A program made the translations under genes and the position numbers. DNA of 35,247 bases from Gammaproteobacteria bacterium (GTDB lineage: Bacteria; Pseudomonadota; Gammaproteobacteria; SZUA-229), in assembly GCA_011051475.1 (NCBI GenBank), contig DRLE01000007.1:1-35247 (forward strand), read 5' to 3'. A model generated the notes under the pieces. That model was not told the DNA's origin, searched no databases, and was given only the letters and a program-made list of their open reading frames with translations. Positions 1 to 9,253 of the stretch are shown piece by piece (position 1 is the first letter of the stretch; every line of letters begins with the position of its first letter).

Positions 1-235
1 AAAGACACTCGATCAATCGCTCAACCTGCTGAGTACAGCAGCCTGTTCCCATTGTGGCATAGGTCTGTTGTCTAACAGCTTCAACGGTTGTTGCCCCATT
101 GACGATGGCGTGAATAATATCTATCTTAAGCACCTCGTTACAGGTACAGAGGTTTCTATCCAGGTTTTTTCCGAGAACAGGTGGAAGCTGTTCCAGAGAA
201 TCGGTGAGCTGAGCGATTTTTTCTTCAAGCGTCAT
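1..235 (-). CDS. BFD-like [2Fe-2S]-binding domain protein, N-terminal part only (runs off window start)
   Basis: Absent from the ORF track because it has no in-window stop. Reverse complement from the ATG at 235 reads MTLEEKIAQLTDSLEQLPPVLGKNLDRNLCTCNEVLKIDIIHAIVNGATTVEAVRQQTYATMGTGCCTQQVERLIECL. The CxC, about 30 aa, then G-x-G-C-C layout and the helix pattern resemble Bfd/NifU-type BFD domains. The second Cys pair is CC rather than the usual CxxC. Confidence 0.5.
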   Translation of the reverse strand, partial: MTLEEKIAQLTDSLEQLPPVLGKNLDRNLCTCNEVLKIDIIHAIVNGATTVEAVRQQTYATMGTGCCTQQVERLIECL

Positions 236-313
236 AAATATCTCGACATGGCATCAGGACACACTGGCAAATGCACAGCACCGGAAAGCATGCATCAATA
301 CAGGGGTTAACTG

Positions 314-1396
314 TTATACCAGATTATCCAACCGGTAAATAAAGAAATACAGACCGATTGACATAAAAAATACCACATAGCCGATGGCAAGGAATCTTGC
401 CGTAAACCCGGCCGTATTACTCACACTTTCATGGTTCACATAGAATTTATAGGCGATCAGGTTTGCCAGCGAACCGAACAGACTGCCAAAACCACCGGCA
501 TTCACACCCCACAATAAAGCCTCCCAGTTCGAGGTGAACTTTGCAAACAGCAGCGTCGCCGGCACATTACTCATCACCTGACTGGCCAGGGCCGAAAACA
601 GAAAAATATGCCCTGAATGATTCAGCTCGGATGCCAGGATCTCTTTTAAATTATCCGCAATGCCGAAGAAAAACAGAAAACTTAACAACAGGGCATAATC
701 AATACGCAGGGCCTTGCGATCGACAAGTAAAGCAAAAACGAAGGCAAGCACACCGGTCAGGACCGGAAGCACATGGAGCACAGCCAGGATAATAACAAGA
801 AACAAAATGCCATAGCTATATGCGCTTCTGTTCACGACGTGACTGGCCCTAATCTGCAAACCGTTTCTTGTTTTAACAAACACAGAAAAAACCATAATCA
901 CGCCCATGAAAAACAGAGAGAACGGCGCAATTGCCTCGATAAATTCAAGCGGCTTTACGCCATAAAACCAGTAAATATAAAGGTTCTGCGGGTTACCGAG
1001 CGGCGTCAGAGCGGAGCCGGCATTGGCCGCCAATGCTTCCAGGATAACAAGAATATCCTTGCGGTTAACATTAAGTGCCAGCGTAAGCGGCACAACAACC
1101 ATCAGGGCTATATCATTTGTCACCAGCATGGACAGGACAAACGTGGTCATCACCAGCTTTAGTGGCAAAACCTTTCCCTTTTCCATGAGCTGGGAAATTC
1201 TTACTATGAGTCCGCTTTGCTGCAGGCCGTTTACGACAATAAAAAGCATATACAGGATAAACAACACCTGTATTTCCTGGATTGTGTACGACGGTAGCTG
1301 CTTTGTATAAAGAGAGGTAAGAACCAGGCCCGCACCGGAAGAAATCAGTAACCATTCTTTCTGGACAAAATCGATGAGCGACGTCTGGCCTTTCAA
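314..1396 (-). CDS. ArsB/NhaD (CitMHS-like) superfamily anion permease
   Basis: 360-aa polytopic membrane protein. Contains the GNPQNL motif and the LTPLGNPQN context typical of the ArsB/NhaD/citrate-transporter permease superfamily. Confidence 0.6.
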   Translation of the reverse strand: MKGQTSLIDFVQKEWLLISSGAGLVLTSLYTKQLPSYTIQEIQVLFILYMLFIVVNGLQQSGLIVRISQLMEKGKVLPLKLVMTTFVLSMLVTNDIALMVVVPLTLALNVNRKDILVILEALAANAGSALTPLGNPQNLYIYWFYGVKPLEFIEAIAPFSLFFMGVIMVFSVFVKTRNGLQIRASHVVNRSAYSYGILFLVIILAVLHVLPVLTGVLAFVFALLVDRKALRIDYALLLSFLFFFGIADNLKEILASELNHSGHIFLFSALASQVMSNVPATLLFAKFTSNWEALLWGVNAGGFGSLFGSLANLIAYKFYVNHESVSNTAGFTARFLAIGYVVFFMSIGLYFFIYRLDNLV

Positions 1397-1458
1397 TGAA
1401 ATTTCGCTGCTTTACACTTTAAAGACTGGGAAACCCTTCAGAGAACCAACTATGGCCG

Positions 1459-1848
1459 TTATTCCCCGAAACGCTTCTCAAGATAATCATTGATTTCGCT
1501 GGATTCATACATCCACTCAACACTGCCGTCATCCTTTTCAATGCGCAGGCAGGGCACCTGGTACCTGCCACCCTCTTCGACAAGCTCCCGGTTCCATTTC
1601 GGGTCATTGCGCGCATCACGGACATCTATTTTCAGATTCAGGCGATGGATCTGGCGACGGGTTTTGACGCAGAAGGGACATTGCTGAAAATGGTAGAGCG
1701 CCATTTTCGCCGCTTGCTTATCGACTTCCGCCTGTTTTTCGGGGGAGCGTTGCAGGGGTTTGGGGCGGGTAATCCAGTCGATAAAAATAATGATTTGCGC
1801 CAGCACCCAGCGCACCGGTTTGAAAACAAAACCCAGAATTTTACCCAT
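1459..1848 (-). CDS. Glutaredoxin-family protein with N-terminal hydrophobic segment
   Basis: CPFC redox motif followed by a VPCL...DG.....ES..I..YL glutaredoxin-fold pattern. The N-terminal ILGFVFKPVRWVLAQIIIFIDWI looks like a membrane anchor. Confidence 0.75.
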   Translation of the reverse strand: MGKILGFVFKPVRWVLAQIIIFIDWITRPKPLQRSPEKQAEVDKQAAKMALYHFQQCPFCVKTRRQIHRLNLKIDVRDARNDPKWNRELVEEGGRYQVPCLRIEKDDGSVEWMYESSEINDYLEKRFGE

Positions 1849-1864
1849 TTGAAAACCTCAATTT

Positions 1865-1958
1865 AAAAGCATTAGCCGCAAAGAACGCAAAAGACGCGAA
1901 AAAAACAATAAATGTTTTTGCCTTCCTTTGCGATATTTGCGTTCTTCGCGGCAAAAAG
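1865..1958. repeat. Family A palindromic element, copy A1
   Basis: Left arm 1875..1900 gccgcaaagaacgcaaaagacgcgaa. Right arm 1928..1952 ttgcgatatttgcgttcttcgcggc (imperfect inverted repeat). Flanked by AAAAGC / AAAAAG. Abuts the lipA stop codon (1959..1961). Confidence 0.85.
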
Positions 1959-2957
1959 TTACTTAACCGTACCCGTAAACTCACCATGCGCCTGCAGGTC
2001 AGCGTGATAGGACGAACGCACCATGGGTCCGCTGGCAACATGGGTAAAGCCCATGTCCATGCCGATACGATACAGTTCATCGAATTCTTCCGGCGTCACA
2101 TAGCGCCTTACCGGCAGGTGATGTTTGCTGGGCTGTAAATACTGGCCCAGGGTCAGCATTTCTACATTGTGCGCGCGCATATCGCGCATGACTTCGACCA
2201 CTTCGTCGATCTCTTCACCCAGGCCCAGCATCAGGCCGGACTTGCCGGGCACCTCGGGAAACAGTTGCTTGAATTTTTTCAGCAGGTCCAGTGACCACTG
2301 GTAGTCGGCGCCCGGACGACACTCCCTGTACAGACGCGGCACGGTCTCCAGGTTGTGATTGAATACATCCGGTGGTGACTGTTTAAGAATCTCCAGCGCC
2401 ACTTCCATGCGACCACGAAAGTCCGGCACCAGGATTTCGATTTCTATCTCGGGATTAAGCTGCCGGGTCTTTTTGATACATTCGACAAAATGCCCGGCAC
2501 CGCCGTCGCGCAAATCGTCGCGGTCCACCGAGGTAATGACCACGTAGTTCAGCGCCATGGCCTGTATGGTTTCGGCCAGGTGCTGCGGTTCGTTTTCATC
2601 CAGCGGATTGGGCCGGCCGTGGCCGACATCACAGAACGGGCAGCGGCGGGTGCAGATATCGCCCATAATCATAAAGGTGGCCGTGCCCTTGCCGAAGCAC
2701 TCGCCCAGGTTGGGACAGGCCGCTTCCTCGCAGACCGTAAACAGTTTCTGCTCGCGCAGCACCGATTTCAGTTTTTTTGCATTGGGATGAAACGGCGATT
2801 TGGCGCGTATCCAGTTCGGCTTGCGCAGGCGCTCGGCACTGGTATCGACCTTGACGGGAATACGCGCGACCTTTTCCGCCCCCCTGAGCTTTTCACCCGC
2901 CACTGCCCGACGCGGTTTTGCGGGACTTTTTTTATGCGCTTGCCTGGTTTCGCTCAT
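1959..2957 (-). CDS. lipA: Lipoyl synthase
   Basis: Radical-SAM CxxxCxxC (CTRRCPFC) plus the N-terminal [12 protein letters not shown] cluster motif. Full-length similarity to LipA. Sits downstream of lipB. Confidence 0.97.
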   Translation of the reverse strand: MSETRQAHKKSPAKPRRAVAGEKLRGAEKVARIPVKVDTSAERLRKPNWIRAKSPFHPNAKKLKSVLREQKLFTVCEEAACPNLGECFGKGTATFMIMGDICTRRCPFCDVGHGRPNPLDENEPQHLAETIQAMALNYVVITSVDRDDLRDGGAGHFVECIKKTRQLNPEIEIEILVPDFRGRMEVALEILKQSPPDVFNHNLETVPRLYRECRPGADYQWSLDLLKKFKQLFPEVPGKSGLMLGLGEEIDEVVEVMRDMRAHNVEMLTLGQYLQPSKHHLPVRRYVTPEEFDELYRIGMDMGFTHVASGPMVRSSYHADLQAHGEFTGTVK

Positions 2958-3591
2958 GGTAGATCGTCTTTATCAGTTGCCGCTCAAGCTGTTTTCCTGC
3001 CATGTCGATATCGATGTGCGTATCGGCCAGCAGTGACCCGAGCTGGGTTACTTCCAGGCCTTCGTATCCGCAGGGATTGATGCGCGAGAACGGTTCAAGG
3101 TCCATATCGAGATTCAGTGACAGACCATGAAAACTGCAGCCCCGGCGGATACGCAGGCCCAAAGCGGCTATTTTAGCATGATTCACATAGACGCCCGGCG
3201 CATCCGCCCGGGCCTGCGCCGTGATACCGTAGCCCGACAGCAGATCGATGACGGACTGCTCCAGACAGGTAACCAGCTCACGCACGCCCATACCCAGGCG
3301 CCTGATATCCACCAGGGTGTATACCACGAGCTGACCGGGGCCGTGGTAGGTGACCTGACCGCCACGGTCTGAATTGACCACGGGAATATCGGCAGCATTG
3401 AGAATATGTTCGGGTTTGCCGTTCTTGCCCAGGGTGTAGACCGGCGGATGCTGCAGAAACCAGAACTCGTCGGGCGTATCGGCCTGGCGCGCGTCGGTAA
3501 AGGCCTGCATATCCTGCCAGCTTTGCGTATAGGCAACCTGCCCCAGGTAACGCATTTTCGGCGCCGGTGGCGGGACGGAGGTGGCAGGCAT
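2932..3591 (-). CDS. lipB: Octanoyltransferase (lipoyl(octanoyl) transferase)
   Basis: LipB hallmarks [14 protein letters not shown] and PCG. Overlaps lipA by 26 nt. The alternative start MRYLGQV at 3555 cannot be excluded. Confidence 0.92.
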   Translation of the reverse strand: MPATSVPPPAPKMRYLGQVAYTQSWQDMQAFTDARQADTPDEFWFLQHPPVYTLGKNGKPEHILNAADIPVVNSDRGGQVTYHGPGQLVVYTLVDIRRLGMGVRELVTCLEQSVIDLLSGYGITAQARADAPGVYVNHAKIAALGLRIRRGCSFHGLSLNLDMDLEPFSRINPCGYEGLEVTQLGSLLADTHIDIDMAGKQLERQLIKTIYHERNQASA

Positions 3592-3603
3592 GGGGAAAAG
3601 CGC

Positions 3604-3909
3604 TTACAGCGCCATATGAACGTGTTCGCAGGCGGTCAGATCCATATAGATATCATCAAGCTGCTGTTTGCTTTGCGCATTGATGGTAATGGTCATGGAA
3701 GTGTACTTGCCGTTTTTGCTGGCGCGGCTGTTGATGGCGCCCTCGCCCAGATCACTGACATGACGGTTGATAATCTCGATGACCGCAATTTCAAAGGCCT
3801 CACAGCTCAGGCCCATGGCCTTGATCGGGAACTGGCAGGGAAACTCAAGCAGGGTCTCACCCTCTTTCAGGGAAAGATCGTGCAGTTTAATGTCTTTTTC
3901 TTCACTCAT
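3604..3909 (-). CDS. ybeD: YbeD/DUF493 family protein
   Basis: About 100 aa with the FPCQFPIKAMG motif of YbeD. Conserved position just upstream of lipB. Start trimmed to ATG 3909 (MSEEKD) because the longer track ORF would overlap the dat stop region. Confidence 0.85.
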   Translation of the reverse strand: MSEEKDIKLHDLSLKEGETLLEFPCQFPIKAMGLSCEAFEIAVIEIINRHVSDLGEGAINSRASKNGKYTSMTITINAQSKQQLDDIYMDLTACEHVHMAL

Positions 3910-3917
3910 AATCACTC

Positions 3918-4784
3918 TCAGGCGCGAATACTCTGCTTGTACTGCTGATACAGGCCGGTAATATGCTTCCACATGTCACCCGCCCGCCCCTGACTGACGG
4001 CCTTGCCATCGAGCTGTATCACCGGGGCTATTTCACGGGTGGAACTGGTCATCCAGATTTCATCGGCCTGATCCAGCTCGCCTTGCTTTATTTCGCGCTC
4101 TTCCACCAATATGGTGTTGTTTTTCGCGATTTCAATCACCAGGTCGCGGGTAATGCCGGGCAGCAGGCAGCGGCTGGTCGGCGGTGTGACAAGAACCTCG
4201 TCCTTAACCAGAAAGACATTGCTGGCGGTGCCTTCGGTGACCAGACCATCACGGATCAGAATGGCGTCATCGACACCGGCGGCACGCGCCTGCTGCTTGA
4301 GCATGACATTGCCGATCAGCGAGGTGGACTTGATATCGCAGGCGTTCCAGCGGAAGTCATCAACGGTAATAGCCGTGATACCGGCAGAAATCCTGTCCAG
4401 GTCCGGTGGTGTTACCGGCAACACCATGGCAAATACCGTGGGCGGGTACTGAGGGTCGATGACAAGATCACGTTTCGGATAAACGCCGCGGGTAATCTGC
4501 AGATAGATGGCCGATTCGGGCTGGCCGGCCTGCTCGGTATTTTTATCCAGCAGGCTGCTAAACAGTGACAGCCACTGCTCGGCCGACAGCGGGTTATCAA
4601 GGGTGACACGATCCAGACTGTTCTGCAGACGCTGCAGGTGCTTTTTCAGGCCGACCAGTTTGCCGTCATAAACAGGGATGACTTCATAAACACCATCACC
4701 GAAGAGAAAGCCGCGGTCCATAACGGAGACCTTTGCGTCTTCCAGTGGCAGGTAATCGCCATTAAGGTAAACAGTGCCGGGCAT
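3918..4784 (-). CDS. dat: D-amino-acid (D-alanine) aminotransferase, fold-type IV PLP enzyme
   Basis: DRGFLFGDGVYEVIPVY, FRWNACDIKS.SL and TEG.ASNVF match Bacillus D-amino-acid aminotransferase motifs, including the catalytic Lys in CDIKS. Start set at ATG 4784 (MPGTVYLNG). The longer ORF start lies inside repeat A2. Confidence 0.85.
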   Translation of the reverse strand: MPGTVYLNGDYLPLEDAKVSVMDRGFLFGDGVYEVIPVYDGKLVGLKKHLQRLQNSLDRVTLDNPLSAEQWLSLFSSLLDKNTEQAGQPESAIYLQITRGVYPKRDLVIDPQYPPTVFAMVLPVTPPDLDRISAGITAITVDDFRWNACDIKSTSLIGNVMLKQQARAAGVDDAILIRDGLVTEGTASNVFLVKDEVLVTPPTSRCLLPGITRDLVIEIAKNNTILVEEREIKQGELDQADEIWMTSSTREIAPVIQLDGKAVSQGRAGDMWKHITGLYQQYKQSIRA

Positions 4785-4802
4785 AATGGTCCTTAAAACA
4801 TT

Positions 4803-4886
4803 AAAAACGTAAGCCGCGAAAAACGCAAAATAAGGCAAAAATTATTGTTTTGATTTGCCTCACTTTGCGTTCTTCGCGGCAAAAAA
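4803..4886. repeat. Family A palindromic element, copy A2
   Basis: Left arm 4813..4839 gccgcgaaaaacgcaaaataaggcaaa. Right arm 4854..4880 tttgcctcactttgcgttcttcgcggc. Lies between the dacA stop and the dat start, inside the mrdA-to-lipA gene string. Confidence 0.85.
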
Positions 4887-4914
4887 TTCGGACTTGAAAT
4901 CAAATACAGATAAC

Positions 4915-6090
4915 TTATTCAAGCATCCGCATAAAATAGTCCTTGGCTTTCTGCAGCAGACCGCCTTCTTCGACGGTTTCCAGTGCTACCAGCGGTACTT
5001 TGGCCAGCACTTCACCGTCCAGCGACACCTTGACTTCACCGACCTGCTGGCCCTTTTTAACCGGGGCTTCGATATTCTTGTCGATATCCATCACCGCTTC
5101 AAGCTTGTCATAGGACCCGCGGGGAATAACCACCGCAAGGTCGTCTGCCAGACCGACGGTAATGGTCTCGAACTCACCGTTCCAGATACGCGGGCGGCTC
5201 AGCACTTCGTCGGCGTCATACAGGGTGTGTGACTCAAAGAAACGGAAACCGTAATTCAGCAGCGCCTGGCTGACGGTGGCGCGGGCCTTTTTGCTGTCGG
5301 TACCCAGTACCACGGTAATCAGACGCATGTCCCCACGCTGCGCCGATGACACCAGGCAGTAACCGGCCGACTCGGTATGGCCGGTTTTAATACCATCGAC
5401 ACTCTCATCACGCCACAGCAGCTTGTTGCGATTGTACTGCTTGATATTGTTGTAGGTGTATTCCTTTTCCTTGTACAGTTCGTAATGCTCGGGAAACTCA
5501 CGGATAATAGCGGCCCCCAGCAGGGCTATATCACGCGCCGTGGTCAGATGATTCTTGTCCGGCCAGCCGGTACTGTTGACGAAATGCGTATTCTTCATGC
5601 CCAGCTCGGCAGCGTACTGGTTCATCAGCTGCACAAAGGCCTCCTCGGTACCTGCCACATGTTCGGCCAGCGCGACACTGGCGTCATTGCCCGACTGAAT
5701 GATCAGTCCTTTCAGCAATTCATGCACCGGCACCCTGGTATTCACTTCAAGATACATTCTTGAACCGCCCATACGCCAGGCTTTTTCACTGATTTCGACC
5801 ATGTCATCCATGGACATACGGTCGGCATCCAGCTCCTTGTAAACCACATAGGCGGTCATCATTTTGGTAATACTGGCGGGCTCGATCTTTTCATCAGCGT
5901 TCTTTTCGGCCAGCACCTTGCCACTGGCAAAATCCATAACAATGTAGTTTTTTGCAGCCACATCCGGCGGCGCAGGTATCGGCATGGCAGCGACTGCCAG
6001 GTTGGCCTGGAGCAGACTGAATAAAATCAACGCCAGTGAAAACGACATTAATGATGATAGTTTTTTTATAGGAAACATTATTTTTTTCAT
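4915..6090 (-). CDS. dacA: D-alanyl-D-alanine carboxypeptidase (PBP5/6 class)
   Basis: Signal peptide, SxxK (SITKMMT), SGN (IQSGNDAS) and KTG (IKTGHT) motifs. Conserved position next to rlpA. Start set at ATG 6090 (MKKIMF). Confidence 0.9.
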   Translation of the reverse strand: MKKIMFPIKKLSSLMSFSLALILFSLLQANLAVAAMPIPAPPDVAAKNYIVMDFASGKVLAEKNADEKIEPASITKMMTAYVVYKELDADRMSMDDMVEISEKAWRMGGSRMYLEVNTRVPVHELLKGLIIQSGNDASVALAEHVAGTEEAFVQLMNQYAAELGMKNTHFVNSTGWPDKNHLTTARDIALLGAAIIREFPEHYELYKEKEYTYNNIKQYNRNKLLWRDESVDGIKTGHTESAGYCLVSSAQRGDMRLITVVLGTDSKKARATVSQALLNYGFRFFESHTLYDADEVLSRPRIWNGEFETITVGLADDLAVVIPRGSYDKLEAVMDIDKNIEAPVKKGQQVGEVKVSLDGEVLAKVPLVALETVEEGGLLQKAKDYFMRMLE

Positions 6091-6222
6091 TACGTTTTTT
6101 ATACTTGAAATTCCGTTATGCCGCACGCCTGCAGACGTGCAGCCCTGAAAGATGTCAGAAACAGCCCTGATTATTTTGTAGCATTTGAATTCGGTGTAGG
6201 TGTTTTCCGTTGGCTTTTATTA

Positions 6223-7029
6223 TCAGTTCGCCTTTATTATTTTTATATTCTGGTGCTGATTCTGTTTCAGCTGGGTTAACAGCTGTTTTGCCACGTGCTC
6301 CGAAGGCAGCGGGCCGATTCTTACGCGGTAGACCGGTTTGCCTTTTTTGCTTTCAATATGCAGGCGCACATCGCGAAAACCTTCCGACTGCAGACGCCCC
6401 AGATGCTGCAGCGCATTCTCCTCGGTGCTGAACGCCGCGACCTGGACATAAAGTTTATCACCTTCCGTTACCGGCGACTCGACAATCGACGCACTGCGCT
6501 GGCGGTTTAGATCCTGTTTCGATTTCACCACGCGAATCATGACATTGGCCGTACCGGTCTGAGCCACACCCAGCTTTGTCGCCGCCGCATAGGACAGATC
6601 AATAATCCTGCCCTCGTGGAACGGCCCGCGGTCGTTGACCCGGACTACCGCCTTGCGCCCGTTATCCAGATTGGTTACTTCCACATACACCGGTATCGGC
6701 AGCGTCTTGTGCGCAGCGGTCATGGCATACATATCATAGTCTTCGCCGCTGGAGGTACGGCGGCCATGAAACTTGTTGCCGTACCAGGAAGCAATGCCTT
6801 TCTGCGCAAAGCCGTCGGCCGAATCCATGACATGATAGGTTTTGCCGTTGACCTCGTAGCTGTCAGGGTTACCATAACGGCTCGGCGTTACCGGCTGCGG
6901 CAGCGCGTTGGGAATTTCATGCCACTGCTTGCTGTAATTGGCCGGCGCGCTGTCGCGTACCTCGCCGCAGGCATTCAGCAGCAGGGCTAATGCACAAAAC
7001 AGCGGTAATTGCAGGTAACGAACGGTCAA
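6223..7029 (-). CDS. rlpA: Septal ring lytic transglycosylase RlpA (DPBB domain + C-terminal SPOR domain), lipoprotein
   Basis: Lipobox LLNAC. GIASWYG...FHGRRTSSGE..D....TAAHKTLP...V.V.N..NG....VR.NDRGP is the RlpA double-psi beta-barrel. The C-terminal YVQVAAF...A motif is SPOR-like. Confidence 0.9.
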   Translation of the reverse strand: MTVRYLQLPLFCALALLLNACGEVRDSAPANYSKQWHEIPNALPQPVTPSRYGNPDSYEVNGKTYHVMDSADGFAQKGIASWYGNKFHGRRTSSGEDYDMYAMTAAHKTLPIPVYVEVTNLDNGRKAVVRVNDRGPFHEGRIIDLSYAAATKLGVAQTGTANVMIRVVKSKQDLNRQRSASIVESPVTEGDKLYVQVAAFSTEENALQHLGRLQSEGFRDVRLHIESKKGKPVYRVRIGPLPSEHVAKQLLTQLKQNQHQNIKIIKAN

Positions 7030-7044
7030 GCAGAATACTCCGGC

Positions 7045-8031
7045 TTAATCTTCCAGCTTCTGACTTAAATGGAACACGGCCATGCTGTAAAGTTCACTGT
7101 GGTTATAACGTGATATTGCGTAAAAATTCTGGAACCCCAGCCAGTACTCGATGCCTTTTTTGCCATCGAGCCTGATCAGCGTTGCCTTTTCGCTGTCGGT
7201 AACCGGCTGGTAGAGTTTTACCCCCTGTTTTTTGAACCAGGCAACCGTGGCATAGGGCTTCAGTTTGTTCGATTCCGGCACGATACTTTCATCGGTAACG
7301 TCAACGGGGTAGGCAATCAACCCGTCTTTTACCCAGCCATGCTTTTTGAAATAGTTGGCGACGCTGCCAATCACATCAGGCACGCTGTGCCAGAGATCAC
7401 GCTTGCCGTCACCGTCAAAATCCACCGCGTAGGCGCGGTAACTGCTGGAAATGAACTGCGGCATACCCATGGCACCGGCATAGGAGCCGGTCATGTCCTC
7501 GATATCGATATGCTCTTCCTTTGACAGCAACAGGAACTGTTTCAGCTCGCTGCGAAAGAATTTTGCCCGTGGCGGGTAATCGAAACCCAGCGTGGTCAGT
7601 GAATCAAAAATAATGTGCTTGCCGGTATGTCGGCCATAATAGGTTTCCACGCCAATAATGGCGGCGATGATTTCCCTGGGCACACCGAACTCGGCCTCCG
7701 CGCGCTGCAGGGTTGCCAGGTTGTTTTTGATAAATTCACGCCCCATGCGGGCACGCTTTTCGGTAACAAAAATGGGCCGGTACTGTTTCCAGGTCAGTTC
7801 CTTTTCCGCCGGTTTGGCAATGGATTCGAGCACGTGGTCCAGGCGTTTGGCCTTGCTGAACTGCTTGACCAGATAGTCACGATCAAAACCGTGCTCTTTT
7901 ACCATTTCATCGATAAACGCCTGCACGTCCTCTCGGTCCGCATAACCGGCCTGAGCCTGCGATGACATCAGTAAAGCCGGCACGAGCAGCAGGACGCCAA
8001 GGGTTCTGGTCCATAATGTTGTTTTGTTCAT
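7045..8031 (-). CDS. mltB: Lytic murein transglycosylase B
   Basis: MltB/SltB1-type sequence (GVPREIIAAIIGVETYYG, GAMGMPQFISSSY, DGDGKRDLW). Signal peptide after MNKTTLW. Start set at ATG 8031. Confidence 0.88.
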   Translation of the reverse strand: MNKTTLWTRTLGVLLLVPALLMSSQAQAGYADREDVQAFIDEMVKEHGFDRDYLVKQFSKAKRLDHVLESIAKPAEKELTWKQYRPIFVTEKRARMGREFIKNNLATLQRAEAEFGVPREIIAAIIGVETYYGRHTGKHIIFDSLTTLGFDYPPRAKFFRSELKQFLLLSKEEHIDIEDMTGSYAGAMGMPQFISSSYRAYAVDFDGDGKRDLWHSVPDVIGSVANYFKKHGWVKDGLIAYPVDVTDESIVPESNKLKPYATVAWFKKQGVKLYQPVTDSEKATLIRLDGKKGIEYWLGFQNFYAISRYNHSELYSMAVFHLSQKLED

Positions 8032-8119
8032 ATAGGTTTCCATTAAATTCATATTGTTCTGTATTGATAATTCCCTTGTCACTATCCCGGCGCAACAGTC
8101 CGGGACGGGTATTTTGCCA

Positions 8120-9253
8120 TTATTTCGCGATAAGACGACGGTTGGTGCTAATCGACATCAGTATGCCAAAACCCGCCATCAGGGTCACCATGGAGGTGCC
8201 ACCGTAACTGACCAGCGGCAGCGGCACACCCACCACCGGCAGGATACCTGAAACCATGCCGACATTGACAAATAAATACACAAAAAAGGTCATGCTAAGG
8301 CTGCCGGCAAGCAGGCGCCCGAAACTGTCCTTTGCCCTGGCGGCAATATAAAGCCCGCGAATAATAATAAAGGCATAGATTGAAAGCAGCACGATCTCGC
8401 CCATCAGGCCGAACTCTTCGGCAAACACAGCAAAAATAAAGTCAGTGGTGCGCTCAGGCAGAAAATCGAGCTGCGACTGCGTGCCATTGAACCAGCCCTT
8501 GCCATACAGGCCACCGGAGCCAATGGCAATCATCGACTGGATAATATGGTAGCCCGAACCCAGCGGATCACTCTCGGGATCAAGCAGGGTAAGCACGCGC
8601 TGTTTCTGGTAATCGTGCATAAACTGCCAGAGCACCGGTATCATCGCCAGCATGGCAAACAGCGCACCGAACAGGATACGCCAGCGCAGACCGCCGAAAA
8701 AGATCACAAAAAAACCGGCGGCGGCCACCAGCAGTGCCGTTCCCAGATCCGGCTGTTTGGCAATAAGCAGGGTTGGCAACACCACCAGCCCCAGCGATAT
8801 CAGCAGGGCGGACAGCTTGGGCGGATAGTGTTTCTCACTGAGATACCAGGCCAGCATCAGCGGCGTCACCAGTTTCATCATTTCCGAGGGCTGAAAACGG
8901 ACGACATACAGGTTGAGCCAGCGCTGCGCGCCCTTGCCGACATCGCCCACCACCAGCACCAGCACCAGCAGGATAATACCGAGGGCGAAAAACCAGGGCG
9001 CCCACAGATAGAGCTGGTGCTGGGGAATCTGCGCCACGAAGAACATCACCAGCAGCGCAATCGACAGGCGCACCACCTGGCGCTGAACGATTTCCATGGA
9101 ACCGTCGGACGCGCTGTACAGGATGCCCAGGCCGGCAGCCATCAGCAGCAGCAGACCCGCCAGCAATACCGGATCGATATGCAGCGACTGCAGGATCCGC
9201 GAGGTGCGGCTCTGGTAGTCCGTATCGAAAAATTGTGAATTATTTGCGGGCAT
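8120..9253 (-). CDS. rodA: Peptidoglycan glycosyltransferase RodA (SEDS family)
   Basis: 10-TM SEDS protein ending ...GVPLPLVSYGGTSM. Overlaps the mrdA stop by 14 nt, as in the mrdAB operon. Confidence 0.95.
   Translation of the reverse strand: MPANNSQFFDTDYQSRTSRILQSLHIDPVLLAGLLLLMAAGLGILYSASDGSMEIVQRQVVRLSIALLVMFFVAQIPQHQLYLWAPWFFALGIILLVLVLVVGDVGKGAQRWLNLYVVRFQPSEMMKLVTPLMLAWYLSEKHYPPKLSALLISLGLVVLPTLLIAKQPDLGTALLVAAAGFFVIFFGGLRWRILFGALFAMLAMIPVLWQFMHDYQKQRVLTLLDPESDPLGSGYHIIQSMIAIGSGGLYGKGWFNGTQSQLDFLPERTTDFIFAVFAEEFGLMGEIVLLSIYAFIIIRGLYIAARAKDSFGRLLAGSLSMTFFVYLFVNVGMVSGILPVVGVPLPLVSYGGTSMVTLMAGFGILMSISTNRRLIAK

Noticed and set aside
68-310. Track ORF of 80 aa on the plus strand (TTG start)
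   Set aside because: It has no recognisable motif and a non-ATG start. The opposite strand over the same bases encodes a much more convincing BFD-like domain starting at ATG 235.
3918-4838. Longer N-termini offered by the ORF track (dat 4838, ubiH 28376, gcvT 25643, gcvH 24381, ybeD 3972, dacA 6126, mltB 8082, outer-membrane protein 14963, TIGR02449-like 30667)
   Set aside because: Some extensions read into repeat elements, such as MPYFAFFAA from family A and MSSVFKKVFT from family B. Others use non-ATG codons or overlap the upstream gene. Internal ATGs give N-termini that match the protein families.
8546-9238. 230-aa plus-strand ORF rich in His/Gln/Arg, antisense to rodA
   Set aside because: It lies entirely inside the well-supported rodA CDS. 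Its low-complexity composition is typical of the antisense frame of a membrane-protein gene.
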